Of a stretch of DNA of 64,000 nt, positions 16,158 through 25,713 are shown in pieces. The notes under the pieces were generated by a model. The model saw only the letters and a program-made list of their open reading frames with translations. It ran no database searches and had not been told where the DNA came from. A program made the position numbers and the translations under genes. Origin of the DNA: Minisyncoccota bacterium (GTDB lineage Bacteria; Patescibacteriota; Minisyncoccia; Phycocordibacterales; 21-14-all-36-13); NCBI GenBank assembly GCA_041658885.1, contig JBAZZJ010000001.1, positions 14,779-78,778 of the forward strand. The letters are read 5' to 3'. How positions within the stretch are numbered: position 1 is the stretch's first letter; each line of letters begins with the position of its first letter.

Positions 16158-17159
16158 ATGTTAAATAAGACAAAAAAATTGAATTTAAAACTTTTTGACG
16201 CGGATGTAGAAAAAAAACCTATCCGTGATGGATTTGGTCAAGGCCTTGTTGAAGTTGGAGCAAGAAACAGAAAAGTTGTAGTACTATCTGCCGATTTATC
16301 CGAATCACTCAGAATGAATTCATTTAAAGAAAAATTTCCAGACAGATATTTTGAAGTTGGGGTTGCAGAACAAAGTTTAGCGACGATTGGTTCCGGACTT
16401 GCTTATTATGGAAAGATTCCTTTTATAGGGTCTTTTGCGACGTTTAGCCCCGGAAGAAATTGGGAACAAATAAGAACGACAATTGCTCTTAATAATGTTC
16501 CTGTAAAAATAATTGGTTCTCACGCTGGAGTTGCTGTTGGTGAAGATGGAGCAACGCATCAATCACTTGAAGACATTGCTCTCACGCGAGTTTTACCAAA
16601 CATGACAATCATAGCTCCTTGTGATTATGAAGAAGCAAGAAAAGCCGTGTATGAAATTGTCACACACGAGAAACCCGTTTATATGAGATTTGATAGAAGC
16701 AAAGTTCCGGCCATTACTACAGAAAGCTCTCCTTTTAAAATAGGAAAGGCTGAAATTTTATGGGAATCAAATAATCCAAAAGTTGTAATCATTGCTATTG
16801 GTTATTTAGTTCACAACGCTCTTCTTTGTGCTAAAGAATTAGAAAAAGAGGGAATAGAGGTTTTAGTTGTTAATAATCATACAATTAAACCAATGGATGA
16901 GGAATTAATTTTGGGGGTCGTAAAAAGAACCGAAGCAGTTGTCACGGTTGAAGATCATCAGATTGCAGGAGGTATGGGCTCTGCAGTTGCAGAATTTTTG
17001 GCAAAAACATATCCAGTACCAATTGAATTTATTGGAATAAATAATAAATTTGGACAATCAGGCACTCCGGCTGAATTAATTAAACACTATGGGCTTGATG
17101 TTGAATCAATAAAAAAAGCAGTTACAAAAGTAATTAAGAGGAATAAAAATTGTCGTTAG
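16158..17159 (+). CDS. Transketolase, C-terminal (pyrimidine-binding) subunit
   Basis: FEVGVAEQSLATIGSGLA motif; follows the N-terminal subunit. Confidence 0.85.
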   Translation: MLNKTKKLNLKLFDADVEKKPIRDGFGQGLVEVGARNRKVVVLSADLSESLRMNSFKEKFPDRYFEVGVAEQSLATIGSGLAYYGKIPFIGSFATFSPGRNWEQIRTTIALNNVPVKIIGSHAGVAVGEDGATHQSLEDIALTRVLPNMTIIAPCDYEEARKAVYEIVTHEKPVYMRFDRSKVPAITTESSPFKIGKAEILWESNNPKVVIIAIGYLVHNALLCAKELEKEGIEVLVVNNHTIKPMDEELILGVVKRTEAVVTVEDHQIAGGMGSAVAEFLAKTYPVPIEFIGINNKFGQSGTPAELIKHYGLDVESIKKAVTKVIKRNKNCR

Positions 17160-17203
17160 TGATAATTTTTATCCACAATATTTTTATTTATAAAAAAGAA
17201 AGA

Positions 17204-17234
17204 AGCTCAATCGATAAAATCGATTGAGCTTTTT
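17204..17234 (+). terminator. Rho-independent terminator after the tkt genes
   Basis: AGCTCAATCGAT/ATCGATTGAGCT 12-bp stem plus TTTT; preceded by the ATCCACAATATTTT box at 17171. Confidence 0.7.
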
Positions 17235-17482
17235 CATAAAGTGGGGGAAAAAAATTTTTAAGATTATGACCGTTTTTTTGGTGGGTGTAAGTATCTCTTA
17301 CTCCGCAATTTGGCTGGTGTCATAATCTAAACTTCTATTATGAGTATAGCATACTCATAATTTTTGTCAACCCCGCGACTAATTTTATAAGTATTGGATT
17401 AAGAGTATTTTTAAGGATGTCAAAATGTGGCTAAGTAAAGCCATATTTATAAACTTTTTACTGAGAGGCTGAGCCTCTAAGT

Positions 17483-17520
17483 AAAAAACTGTTCAAACGA
17501 CACCTAGGTGTCGTTTGAAC
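17483..17520 (-). terminator. Terminator for the minus-strand kinase gene
   Basis: 30-bp perfect palindrome GTTCAAACGACACCTAGGTGTCGTTTGAAC, followed on the minus strand by a T-tract. Confidence 0.7.
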
Positions 17521-18516
17521 TTATATTATTTTAGTAGGTTTGTAATATTCTGGGGCTTGTTTCAAATACTTCTCTAATTGTTCGCGGTTTAAAAGTCCGT
17601 TTCTTACACCTTCGAATTGAACTTCTGACATTGAGTTTATGGGTCCCCACATTAGAGCTTCTTGAATTGTTTTGCCAAGTGCGATTGCAGAAGTAAATGT
17701 TGCAGAAAATGCATCACCAGCACCGGTTCTATCAACGGGAGGTTTTGGGTCCGGGTACATAGGAATACTCCAACCCTCATTTCCATCATAAACATATGCA
17801 CCATTCACGGCATCTGTTATTACAACAATCTTCGGTCCTAGCGTGTGCATCATCTTTAATAAATAAACAATGTTATCATTTTCAGTATTTAAAATTCTTT
17901 TTACTTCAGTTTTATTACAGAAAAATAACTTACTCAATTTATAAATTCTTTTTAGCGGCTCATAGCCGATTTTAATTTGAAACGTTCCAGGTTGAAAGAC
18001 AAGATTTATCTGTGGATGTTTTTCAACATAATCTGCAATTTGATTATGATAATCTAAAGTATTTTCTCCAAGAGAACTAAAATAAACGAATCTCGGAGAT
18101 CCTATGTCTGGAAGTTTATAATCATATTCTCTGTGTTTTGAAAGTATGGTTCTTTCTTCCTCATATAAAATTAAATAATTATAATTTGTTTCTCTCCCCT
18201 TTTGAATTTTTATAAAATTAGTATCAACTCCTTCCTTTTTTAACGTTTCTATACAAGCTCTCCCATTATCATCATCTCCAACATTTGACACAAGAGATGA
18301 ATTCAAACCCAACCTGTGAGCACATACGGATGCATTTGATGCATTGCCAGCGGCTCTAACAACTGACACTGATTCGTATGGAATTTTTTCAGCAAAACCT
18401 AAACATATTTTATTTTTTTTATTTTTTGAATCAGAAATAATCTCAGCTTCTTTGACACGAATAAAAGCGTCGTTTGTAATATCTCCAATTCCTATAAAAT
18501 CAAAATTTTTATTCAT
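17521..18516 (-). CDS. PfkB-family carbohydrate kinase (ribokinase-like)
   Basis: DRTGAGDAFSATF motif near the C-terminus, 331 aa. Confidence 0.8.
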   Translation of the reverse strand: MNKNFDFIGIGDITNDAFIRVKEAEIISDSKNKKNKICLGFAEKIPYESVSVVRAAGNASNASVCAHRLGLNSSLVSNVGDDDNGRACIETLKKEGVDTNFIKIQKGRETNYNYLILYEEERTILSKHREYDYKLPDIGSPRFVYFSSLGENTLDYHNQIADYVEKHPQINLVFQPGTFQIKIGYEPLKRIYKLSKLFFCNKTEVKRILNTENDNIVYLLKMMHTLGPKIVVITDAVNGAYVYDGNEGWSIPMYPDPKPPVDRTGAGDAFSATFTSAIALGKTIQEALMWGPINSMSEVQFEGVRNGLLNREQLEKYLKQAPEYYKPTKII

Positions 18517-18554
18517 ATAAATTATTTTAACATACTTTATGCTAAAATATTGTC

Positions 18555-19439
18555 ATGAAATCTTTAAGAGAAATAATAGAAGAAGCAGAAAAAAGAGGCG
18601 TAGCAATCGGACATTTTAATATCTCAAATATTGAGGGGCTACACGCTGTTTTTAACGCATCTAAAAAACTTAACTCGCCGGTAATAATTGGAGTTTCAGA
18701 AGGTGAAAGAGATTTTATTGGTATAAAACAAGTCGTAGCACTTGTAAAAAGTTTGAGAGAGGAAAATGATTATCCTATTTTTTTGAATGCCGACCACACA
18801 TATTCATTTGAAAGAGCTAAAGAAGTAGTAGATGCAGGTTTTGATTCCGTGATTTTTGATGGAGCAAAATTAAGTACTGAAGAAAATATAAAAATAACAA
18901 AACAATGTGTTGAATATGCTAAAAAAATTAATCCAGAAATTTTAGTTGAAGCAGAGCTCGGATTTATAGGTTCATCATCAAAAATTTTAGATAAAATACC
19001 AGAAAATGTAAATTTAGACAAAGACTCACTCACCAAGCCGGAAGAAGCGAAAGAATTTGTCAAACAAACAGGAATTGATTTGTTTGCTCCAGCAGTTGGA
19101 AATATTCATGGAATGTTAGGACTTGGGAAAGACCCATCTTTAAATATAGAACTTATAAAAAAAATAAGAAAAGAAGCGGGAGTACCACTGGTTCTTCATG
19201 GTGGTTCTGGAACAAGCGACGAAGATTTTAAAAAGGCAATAAAAGCAGGAATTTCAATAATTCATATAAATACAGAATTAAGAGTTGCTTATAAAAACGC
19301 GGTTCAATTATCACTTCAAGAAAACCCAGACGAAATAGCCCCATATAAAATAATGAAGGGCGTTGTGTTGGCAATGGAAAAAGTTGTTGAGGAAAAACTC
19401 AAACTATTTAACTTTCAAGACACAAATGAACGCAGATAA
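18555..19439 (+). CDS. fba: Class II fructose-bisphosphate aldolase
   Basis: NADH(T)... and VLHGGSGTSDEDF motifs; last codons and the stop lie inside repeat 19429-19521. Confidence 0.85.
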   Translation: MKSLREIIEEAEKRGVAIGHFNISNIEGLHAVFNASKKLNSPVIIGVSEGERDFIGIKQVVALVKSLREENDYPIFLNADHTYSFERAKEVVDAGFDSVIFDGAKLSTEENIKITKQCVEYAKKINPEILVEAELGFIGSSSKILDKIPENVNLDKDSLTKPEEAKEFVKQTGIDLFAPAVGNIHGMLGLGKDPSLNIELIKKIRKEAGVPLVLHGGSGTSDEDFKKAIKAGISIIHINTELRVAYKNAVQLSLQENPDEIAPYKIMKGVVLAMEKVVEEKLKLFNFQDTNERR

Positions 19440-19521
19440 AAAATCGCAGATTCACCCCGTTAAATCCTGCGAAGCAGGAATTTTGCCAAAGGCAAAATTA
19501 TTTAACAGGGTAAACGCAGAT
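19429..19521 (+). repeat. 93-nt three-stem palindromic element (family B)
   Basis: 92/93 identical to 26731-26823. Outer stem TTCACCCCGTTAAAT/ATTTAACAGGGTAAA, hairpins CCTGC-GAA-GCAGG and TTTTGCC-AAA-GGCAAAA, flanked by AACGCAGAT. Confidence 0.9.
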
Positions 19522-19549
19522 GCGATTTTTAATAATATTTTTTATTTTA

Positions 19550-19592
19550 AGAAACACTTTCTAATTCGCGCGAATTAGAAAGTGTTTCTTTA
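19550..19592 (+). terminator. Strong hairpin terminator
   Basis: 40-nt perfect palindrome AGAAACACTTTCTAATTCGC|GCGAATTAGAAAGTGTTTCT, then T-rich sequence. Confidence 0.7.
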
Positions 19593-19657
19593 TCCTTTGC
19601 TTCCTTATTTTATTGTTTTATTGCTTTCTTGATTATTTTCTGTATAATTTTGCAGAC

Positions 19658-20311
19658 ATGAAAACGTTAGAAGTTAAAAAAAGAGAGGGAAATAAAATAG
19701 AGCAAATAAAAAAGGATGGGAATATCCTTGCTGTTTATTATGGTAAAAAAACGGAATCAACCCCCATCTCAATTTCTATGGTTGAATTTAAGAAAATGTG
19801 GAAAGAAGTTGGAGAATCTGGAGTTTTTAATATAAAAGATGGAAATAAAGAAATGCAGGCTCTTATACATAATGTTCAATTACATCCAGTTTCGGACGAA
19901 CCAATACATGTAGATTTTTATATAATAGAAAAAGGGCAAACCGTAGAAGTTTCAATTCCAATAGAATTTTTTGGGGAATCACCAGCCGTGAAAAATCTTG
20001 GAGGAGTTTTGGTTAAAGTTTTGCATGAGATAGGGGTTGAAGCAGAACCAAAAGATTTACCACACGAAATTAAAGTAGATATATCAAGCTTGATTGATTT
20101 TGAATCAAGAATAACAATAAAAGATTTAAAATTTCCTGAAGGAGTTAAAAGCACTGAAGAACCCGATGAGGTTATAGCACTAGTATCTGAAGCAAAAGAA
20201 GAGGTAGAACCGGTAGTAGAGGTTGATTTATCATCAATAGAAGTTGAAAAGAAAGGTAAGGAAGAAAAAGAAGGAGAGGAAGTCGAGACCAAAGAGACAA
20301 AGAAAGAATAA
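19658..20311 (+). CDS. rplY: Ribosomal protein L25/Ctc
   Basis: MKTLEVKKREGNK start and Ctc-type length with an acidic tail; ATG 19658 lies 9 nt after TATAAT. Confidence 0.8.
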   Translation: MKTLEVKKREGNKIEQIKKDGNILAVYYGKKTESTPISISMVEFKKMWKEVGESGVFNIKDGNKEMQALIHNVQLHPVSDEPIHVDFYIIEKGQTVEVSIPIEFFGESPAVKNLGGVLVKVLHEIGVEAEPKDLPHEIKVDISSLIDFESRITIKDLKFPEGVKSTEEPDEVIALVSEAKEEVEPVVEVDLSSIEVEKKGKEEKEGEEVETKETKKE

Positions 20312-20330
20312 AATATAATTAATTAAAAAA

Positions 20331-20356
20331 GAGAGGCAAAGCCGCCTCTCTTTTAA
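20331..20356. terminator. Bidirectional terminator between convergent genes
   Basis: GAGAGGC/GCCTCTC stem flanked by A- and T-tracts. Confidence 0.55.
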
Positions 20357-20358
20357 TT

Positions 20359-20775
20359 TTATAACACCCTTTCTTTAAATTTTTCTAAGAACGAATCTCT
20401 AACTAACACAAAGGCCATATAAATTAGATAAAATGCCGTTGCTCCCAATATCATTAAATGAAGAACTTTGTCATTATTTTTTAATGGGAATTCACCTAAT
20501 ATTGTTACGATATTTAATGTAAGAATGGAAAGAATTAAAACAAGAGACCAAAGTATTTTAGATTCAAGGTCATATTGTAAAAAAACACTGAAACAAATAA
20601 CATTAAATAAAAACACGAATGTGAACAATATTGGATTATTCACAAAATTTCCTTCCGCAAGGGCTGAACTTTCCATACTAATACCAAGTAAACATACAGA
20701 GAATAAAAGTGCATTTAGAAATAACAATATGTAAAACATTGTTTTCACATCACCTCCAATTTGTTTAAAGAACAC
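20359..20775 (-). CDS. Hypothetical polytopic membrane protein
   Basis: 138-aa ORF with four hydrophobic segments; start uncertain (alternative Met at 20739). Confidence 0.5.
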   Translation of the reverse strand: MFFKQIGGDVKTMFYILLFLNALLFSVCLLGISMESSALAEGNFVNNPILFTFVFLFNVICFSVFLQYDLESKILWSLVLILSILTLNIVTILGEFPLKNNDKVLHLMILGATAFYLIYMAFVLVRDSFLEKFKERVL

Positions 20776-20861
20776 TCATTTAAATTTAGACATAATATAG
20801 CACATATAAAAAATATTTAAAGTTTTCTTTTTATACTCTAAATTTAGTATAATTAACTGAT

Positions 20862-22166
20862 ATGCGGAAATATTATTTTTCTTCATTTTTTATTTTGACG
20901 CTTTCTGTGTCTTTCTTTTTGAGTATACAAATGATTTTTGCTCAAACAGCTGAAGAACAAGTTGTTTCTCGTAGATATCAGCTTGAAACAGAATTATCAA
21001 AACTTGAAAAAGAAATACAAATTCAACAACAAATTTTGGATACAAAAAAGAAAGACTCACAAACACTGGAAAGAGATATAGCTATTTTTGACGCCGATAT
21101 AAAAAAATCCGAATTGAATATAAAAGCCAGAGAAATTGCCATATCAAAATTATCTGATGATATACGAGGAAAAGAAATAAAAATAATTTCCTTGGACGAA
21201 AAAATATTAAAAGAAAAAAGGTCTCTTGCGCAACTAATAAGAAAAAGGGATGAAATAGATTCTTTTTCTATGGTGGAAGTTATATTAAGTAATCAAAATC
21301 TTTCAGATTTTTTTGAGGACATAGATATGTTTTCATCAATAGAATCAGCGCTCTCGGATTCTTTTTCACAAATAGAACAAACAAAAAATGTAACAAATAT
21401 TCAAAAAGAATCATTGATAGATAAAAGACAACAGGAAATAGAACTTAAAGAGATACAATTACTTGAAAAAAAGAAAATTGAATCACAAAAAGCAGAAAAG
21501 AAACAAATTCTTGATATAAGTAAGGGGCAAGAAGCTGTCTATCAAAAAATACTAAAGGATAAACAAAAATCAGTAGCCGAAATTCGTTCGGAACTCTTCA
21601 CATTAAGAGGCTCAACGGCTATTTCTTTTGAAAAAGCTTATGGATATGCAACTTTAGCTGGCAAAAAAACAGGTGTAAGGCCCGCATTGATTTTAGGAGT
21701 TATAGCCGAGGAATCAAATCTTGGACAAAATGTTGGAACGGGAAATTGGAAAACGGATATGCACCCAACAAGAGACAGGCCAGTTTTTGAGCAAATTTGT
21801 AAAAGACTTGGATGTAATCCGGATACAATGCCAGTCTCAAAAAAACCTTGGTATGGTTGGGGTGGCGCAATGGGACCGGCTCAATTTATTCCTTCAACAT
21901 GGATTTTGTACGAAGACAGAATTTCAAGATTAACTGGGCACACTCCTCCGAATCCGTGGGATCCTTTTGACGCGTTTGTAGCTTCTGCGATGTTGTTATC
22001 TGACAACGGGGCTTCAAAGGGAACAAGAACAGCTGAAAGACTTTCCGCGTTAAGATATTTTGCTGGTTGGACCAACGCGACAAAATCGGCTTATTCCTTT
22101 TATGGAGATGAAGTTATGGATTTGGCTGATATGTATCAGAAACAAATTGATATTTTGAATCAGTAA
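20862..22166 (+). CDS. Secreted coiled-coil protein with a C-terminal lytic-transglycosylase-like domain
   Basis: Signal peptide, long heptad-like region, C-terminal LILGVIAEESNLG (catalytic-Glu-type motif). Confidence 0.6.
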   Translation: MRKYYFSSFFILTLSVSFFLSIQMIFAQTAEEQVVSRRYQLETELSKLEKEIQIQQQILDTKKKDSQTLERDIAIFDADIKKSELNIKAREIAISKLSDDIRGKEIKIISLDEKILKEKRSLAQLIRKRDEIDSFSMVEVILSNQNLSDFFEDIDMFSSIESALSDSFSQIEQTKNVTNIQKESLIDKRQQEIELKEIQLLEKKKIESQKAEKKQILDISKGQEAVYQKILKDKQKSVAEIRSELFTLRGSTAISFEKAYGYATLAGKKTGVRPALILGVIAEESNLGQNVGTGNWKTDMHPTRDRPVFEQICKRLGCNPDTMPVSKKPWYGWGGAMGPAQFIPSTWILYEDRISRLTGHTPPNPWDPFDAFVASAMLLSDNGASKGTRTAERLSALRYFAGWTNATKSAYSFYGDEVMDLADMYQKQIDILNQ

Positions 22167-22210
22167 TCTGTTTTTGCTTTTTTTATTCTTTATGATATCC
22201 TAATTTGGTC

Positions 22211-22504
22211 ATGAAAAAGGATATTCATCCAAAATATTACCCAAAAGCAAAAGTCACTTGTGCTTGCGGAAATAAGTTTGAGATAGGCTCCACACTAGAA
22301 AAAATAGATGTGGAGATTTGTAGTGCCTGCCATCCTTTTTATACTGGTAATGAAAAGATCGTTGATACTGCAGGAAGAGTTGAAAAATTCAAAGCAAGAA
22401 TGGCAAAAGCTGATACAAAGAAAAAAGTCGGCCTTAGGCCGATCGTCCTTGGGACGAAAATTAAAAAACCAACCGTTAAGAAAACTCCAAAAAATAAGAA
22501 ATAA
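22211..22504 (+). CDS. rpmE: Ribosomal protein L31 (Zn-ribbon type) with a K-rich C-terminal extension
   Basis: [10 protein letters not shown] start, CxC...CxxC motif. Confidence 0.85.
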   Translation: MKKDIHPKYYPKAKVTCACGNKFEIGSTLEKIDVEICSACHPFYTGNEKIVDTAGRVEKFKARMAKADTKKKVGLRPIVLGTKIKKPTVKKTPKNKK

Positions 22505-22515
22505 GTATTAAACAA

Positions 22516-22549
22516 AAAGCGTATCTGTTTTCAAAACGGAACGCTTTTT
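22516..22549 (+). terminator. Rho-independent terminator after rpmE
   Basis: AAAGCGT...ACGCTTT extended stem followed by TTTT. Confidence 0.6.
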
Positions 22550-22567
22550 ATGTTATATAATATAAAT

Positions 22568-22697
22568 ATGGATCCCGTTAGAAATAAAACACGGGACAAG
22601 CAGATAAAAACAAATAGAATGTGAACGATAGTATCAAACAAAAATTATAAATTAACTCACGGAAATGCTTTTGGCAATTCCGATTTCTAACGGGATG
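22568..22697 (+). repeat. Start-codon hairpin element (family A), arms ATCCCGTTAGAAAT / ATTTCTAACGGGAT
   Basis: 14/14 inverted repeat 22572-22585 / 22683-22696; ATGGA at 22568 (6 nt after TATAAT 22556-22561) and ATGAA at 22695 (the prfA start). Confidence 0.85.
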
Positions 22698-23654
22698 AAT
22701 AATATTGAAGAATTAAAAAAGAATCCGAAAACAAGTTTTCTTGTTAAAGAATATGAACGCCTACAAAAAGAAGAAGGCAGTCTTTCAGATATGATTAAAA
22801 AGGATTCAAATTTAAAGGAACTTGCTGAAAATGAAATTCAATCAATAAAAATTCAAAAAGATGGGATAGAAAAACAAGTTGAAGAAATTTTGAAAACAGA
22901 AATTGAAGAAGAAGAGTTTCCTAATGAAATAATTATGGAGATTCGAGCCGGCGCTGGTGGGGACGAAGCATCTATTTTTGCTGAGAATTTAGCAAATATG
23001 TATGAAAAATTTTCTGTACTAAATGGATGGAGTTTTAAAAAAATAGACGAATCAAAGAGTGCATCCGGTGGTTATAAAGAAGTGTCTTTTGAAATAAAAG
23101 GTAAAGATGTTTATAAAAAAATGCGTTTTGAAACAGGAGTACACAGAGTACAAAGAATTCCAGTTACAGAAAAGTCGGGGAGAATACACACATCAACAGC
23201 TTCCGTTGCAGTATTGCCAATTGGAAAAAAGAAAACGATTGAAATCAATCCTTCAGATATTGAAATGGAATTTTCTCGCTCTGGAGGCGCTGGTGGACAA
23301 AATGTAAACAAAGTTGAAACGGCGGTTCGTCTTATACATAAACCAACGGGTATTGCAGTTAGGTGCACAGAGGAAAGAAGTCAGTTAAAAAATAGAGAAA
23401 AGGCAATGAGTATTTTACAAGCAAAACTTGAAGTGCTTCACGAGGAAGAAGAAGCAAAAAAGCTATCTTCTGAAAGAAAATCACAGATAGGGACGGCCGA
23501 CAGGTCTGAAAAAATAAGAACATATAATTATTTACAAGACAGAATTACGGACCATAGAATTAAAAAATCGTGGCATAACATAGAAAGCATAATGGCTGGT
23601 TATATAGAAGATATGATAAGTGAATTTGAAAATTTAGAAACAAAAATAGAGTAA
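22695..23654 (+). CDS. prfA: Peptide chain release factor 1
   Basis: GGQ motif ([16 protein letters not shown]) and PVT tripeptide region; start set at MNNIEELKK. Confidence 0.9.
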   Translation: MNNIEELKKNPKTSFLVKEYERLQKEEGSLSDMIKKDSNLKELAENEIQSIKIQKDGIEKQVEEILKTEIEEEEFPNEIIMEIRAGAGGDEASIFAENLANMYEKFSVLNGWSFKKIDESKSASGGYKEVSFEIKGKDVYKKMRFETGVHRVQRIPVTEKSGRIHTSTASVAVLPIGKKKTIEINPSDIEMEFSRSGGAGGQNVNKVETAVRLIHKPTGIAVRCTEERSQLKNREKAMSILQAKLEVLHEEEEAKKLSSERKSQIGTADRSEKIRTYNYLQDRITDHRIKKSWHNIESIMAGYIEDMISEFENLETKIE

Positions 23655-23656
23655 TT

Positions 23657-23761
23657 ATCCCTCCCTACTTTTGTTCCTGATTTTAAACACATTTTTAACC
23701 AGGCAAACTTTCCTGTCATTTGGTATTGAATTGTAGATTAGTTACAAAAGTAGAGAGGGAT
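23657..23761 (+). repeat. 105-nt hairpin element, arms ATCCCTCCCTACTTTTGT / ACAAAAGTAGAGAGGGAT
   Basis: 17/18 inverted repeat 23657-23674 / 23744-23761, starting 3 nt after the prfA stop. Confidence 0.75.
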
Positions 23762-23861
23762 TCTCAAAAAATATAGTCACTTCGTTCCTTATTTTTTGGG
23801 AAAACCATCTTGCAAAATAAGAATTATTTTGGTAAACTTCTGCGGTATATAAATTTAAAAA

Positions 23862-24569
23862 ATGGAAAATAAGGTAGAAAAAATAGGAGAAAATGATCTT
23901 ATAAAACAGATGTTTAAATCTGGGGCCCATTACGCTTATTCAAAATCAAAAAGACACCCATCAGCCAAAAAATATATATTTGGTGCAAAGAACAAGGTGG
24001 AAATTTTTGACTTAGAAAAAACTGAAAAAATGCTTGAAGAAGCAAAAGAATTTATTAAATCTGTTGTTAATAGCGGGAAACAGGTTCTTTTTATTTCAGG
24101 CAAAAGCGAGGTTAAAAACATTCTTCAATATTCTGCAGATTTAGTATCACAACCGTACGTTATTAGGAGATGGATAGGCGGAACACTCACAAACTTTTCA
24201 GAAGTAAGAAAAAGAGTAAAAAAACTTGTTGATATGAAAACAAAAAAAGAGAAAGGGGAATATGTGAAATATACAAAAAAGGAAAGATTGCTTTTTGATA
24301 GAGAAATCAAAAAGTTAGAAGAAAATTTTGGTGGAATTATATCAATGGAAAGTCTCCCAGGTGCTATTTTTGTTATAGATTCAAAAAGAGAAAAAAGCGC
24401 AGTGAGCGAAGCAATAATGAAAAAAATTCCTATAATAAGTCTTTCAAATTCAGATTGTGATTTTGATGTAATAAATTATCCAATTCCAGCGAATGATGCA
24501 TCTATATCAAGTATTACTTTTTTTGTAAATCAAATTATAGAAGTTTGTAAAGTATCTCAAACCAAGTAA
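23862..24569 (+). CDS. rpsB: Ribosomal protein S2
   Basis: GAHYAYSKSKRHPSAKKYIFG...IFDLEKT conserved N-terminal region. Confidence 0.9.
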   Translation: MENKVEKIGENDLIKQMFKSGAHYAYSKSKRHPSAKKYIFGAKNKVEIFDLEKTEKMLEEAKEFIKSVVNSGKQVLFISGKSEVKNILQYSADLVSQPYVIRRWIGGTLTNFSEVRKRVKKLVDMKTKKEKGEYVKYTKKERLLFDREIKKLEENFGGIISMESLPGAIFVIDSKREKSAVSEAIMKKIPIISLSNSDCDFDVINYPIPANDASISSITFFVNQIIEVCKVSQTK

Positions 24570-24612
24570 AACTTTTTAATAAAGAACCTCATTTGTATTT
24601 AATTTTTAAAAT

Positions 24613-25197
24613 ATGATTACTACAGAACTCATAAAAGAACTACGCGATAAAACTGGCGTTTCTATAATGCAGTGCAAAAAGGCGTTGGAAAGTGTTGGCG
24701 GAGACATTGAAAAAGCAATAGTTGTTTTAAAAAAGAAGGGAAGTGAAACAGCTTCAAAAAAGTCAGATAGAAAAATAGGCGCTGGAGTGATATCAACATA
24801 TGTTCATATGGATACAATAGGAACTATGGTTGAATTAGTTTGTGAGACTGATTTTGTTGCAAGAAATAAAGAATTTAAGGATTTAGCATATAATATAGCA
24901 ATGCAGGTTGCAGCAATGAACCCAACCTTTATAAAGATGGAAGAAATAACAGAAAAAGACAAAAAAACCGCATCAGAAGTCTTTGAAAATGAAATAAAGG
25001 ATAAACCAAAAGAACTTCAGGAGAAAATTTTGGGGGGTAAATTGCTTTCTTATTTTAAAGATAAGGTTTTACTTGAACAGAGTTTTATAAAAGATCCTGA
25101 TAATACAATAAAAAATCTTATAGAATCAGCAACACAAAAATTCGGAGAAAAAATAGAAATAACAAGATTTGTTCGTTTTTCACTTCTAGATAAATAA
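24613..25197 (+). CDS. tsf: Elongation factor Ts (short form)
   Basis: UBA-like N-terminus ELIKELRDKTGVSIMQCKKAL; follows rpsB. Confidence 0.85.
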   Translation: MITTELIKELRDKTGVSIMQCKKALESVGGDIEKAIVVLKKKGSETASKKSDRKIGAGVISTYVHMDTIGTMVELVCETDFVARNKEFKDLAYNIAMQVAAMNPTFIKMEEITEKDKKTASEVFENEIKDKPKELQEKILGGKLLSYFKDKVLLEQSFIKDPDNTIKNLIESATQKFGEKIEITRFVRFSLLDK

Positions 25198-25203
25198 TTT
25201 TTT

Positions 25204-25632
25204 ATGACAAGTTATATATTATTTATAATATCTTTGTTGGGTATATCTATTTTGTTTTCTATTAAGATTCTTGAAACGGAAAAGGGGAGAGTTGTTATTT
25301 CAGAAGATATAAAAAATCATTTAGAAAAAAAGACAAGAAAACATCTTTCAATTTTATATATATTTGCCTCACATTTTAATAAGAGAACAATGTTAAGAGT
25401 TTCTAAATTAGTTTATGAGGAGTTAAAATATTTTTTGTTTAAAATTTATGATGATTTAATAAAAAGAGTAAAAAATAGTGATTTAAAAATAATAAAAATA
25501 ATCAGAGGAGAAAAGACACTAACAAAGAAAGGAAGCATATCGCCATTTCTTAGCAACATAGCCGAATTTAAAAAGGAAAATAATTTAGGCGAAAATAAAG
25601 ACAACGAGGATTTAAGTAAGTTTGAAAATTAG
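25204..25632 (+). CDS. Hypothetical N-terminally anchored protein
   Basis: ORF with one TM segment; no motif recognised. Confidence 0.4.
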   Translation: MTSYILFIISLLGISILFSIKILETEKGRVVISEDIKNHLEKKTRKHLSILYIFASHFNKRTMLRVSKLVYEELKYFLFKIYDDLIKRVKNSDLKIIKIIRGEKTLTKKGSISPFLSNIAEFKKENNLGENKDNEDLSKFEN

Positions 25633-25713
25633 ATTGAAACGTAACAAGTTAAAAATAAAAGCTTTACTCGCTTTATTAGAATCTGTTATCATGCCAAAAT
25701 AAATTTATATTTT

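Noticed and set aside
19451-19514. Self-cleaving ribozyme (hammerhead, twister or similar) as an explanation for the three-stem family B elements
   Set aside because: The junctions have few or no unpaired nucleotides, and the hammerhead core CUGAUGA...GAAA is not present. I cannot exclude other classes without a covariance-model scan.
19363-19578. Track ORFs 19363-19578 and 32652-32837
   Set aside because: Mostly translations of family B repeat elements and a terminator palindrome, with no independent coding support.
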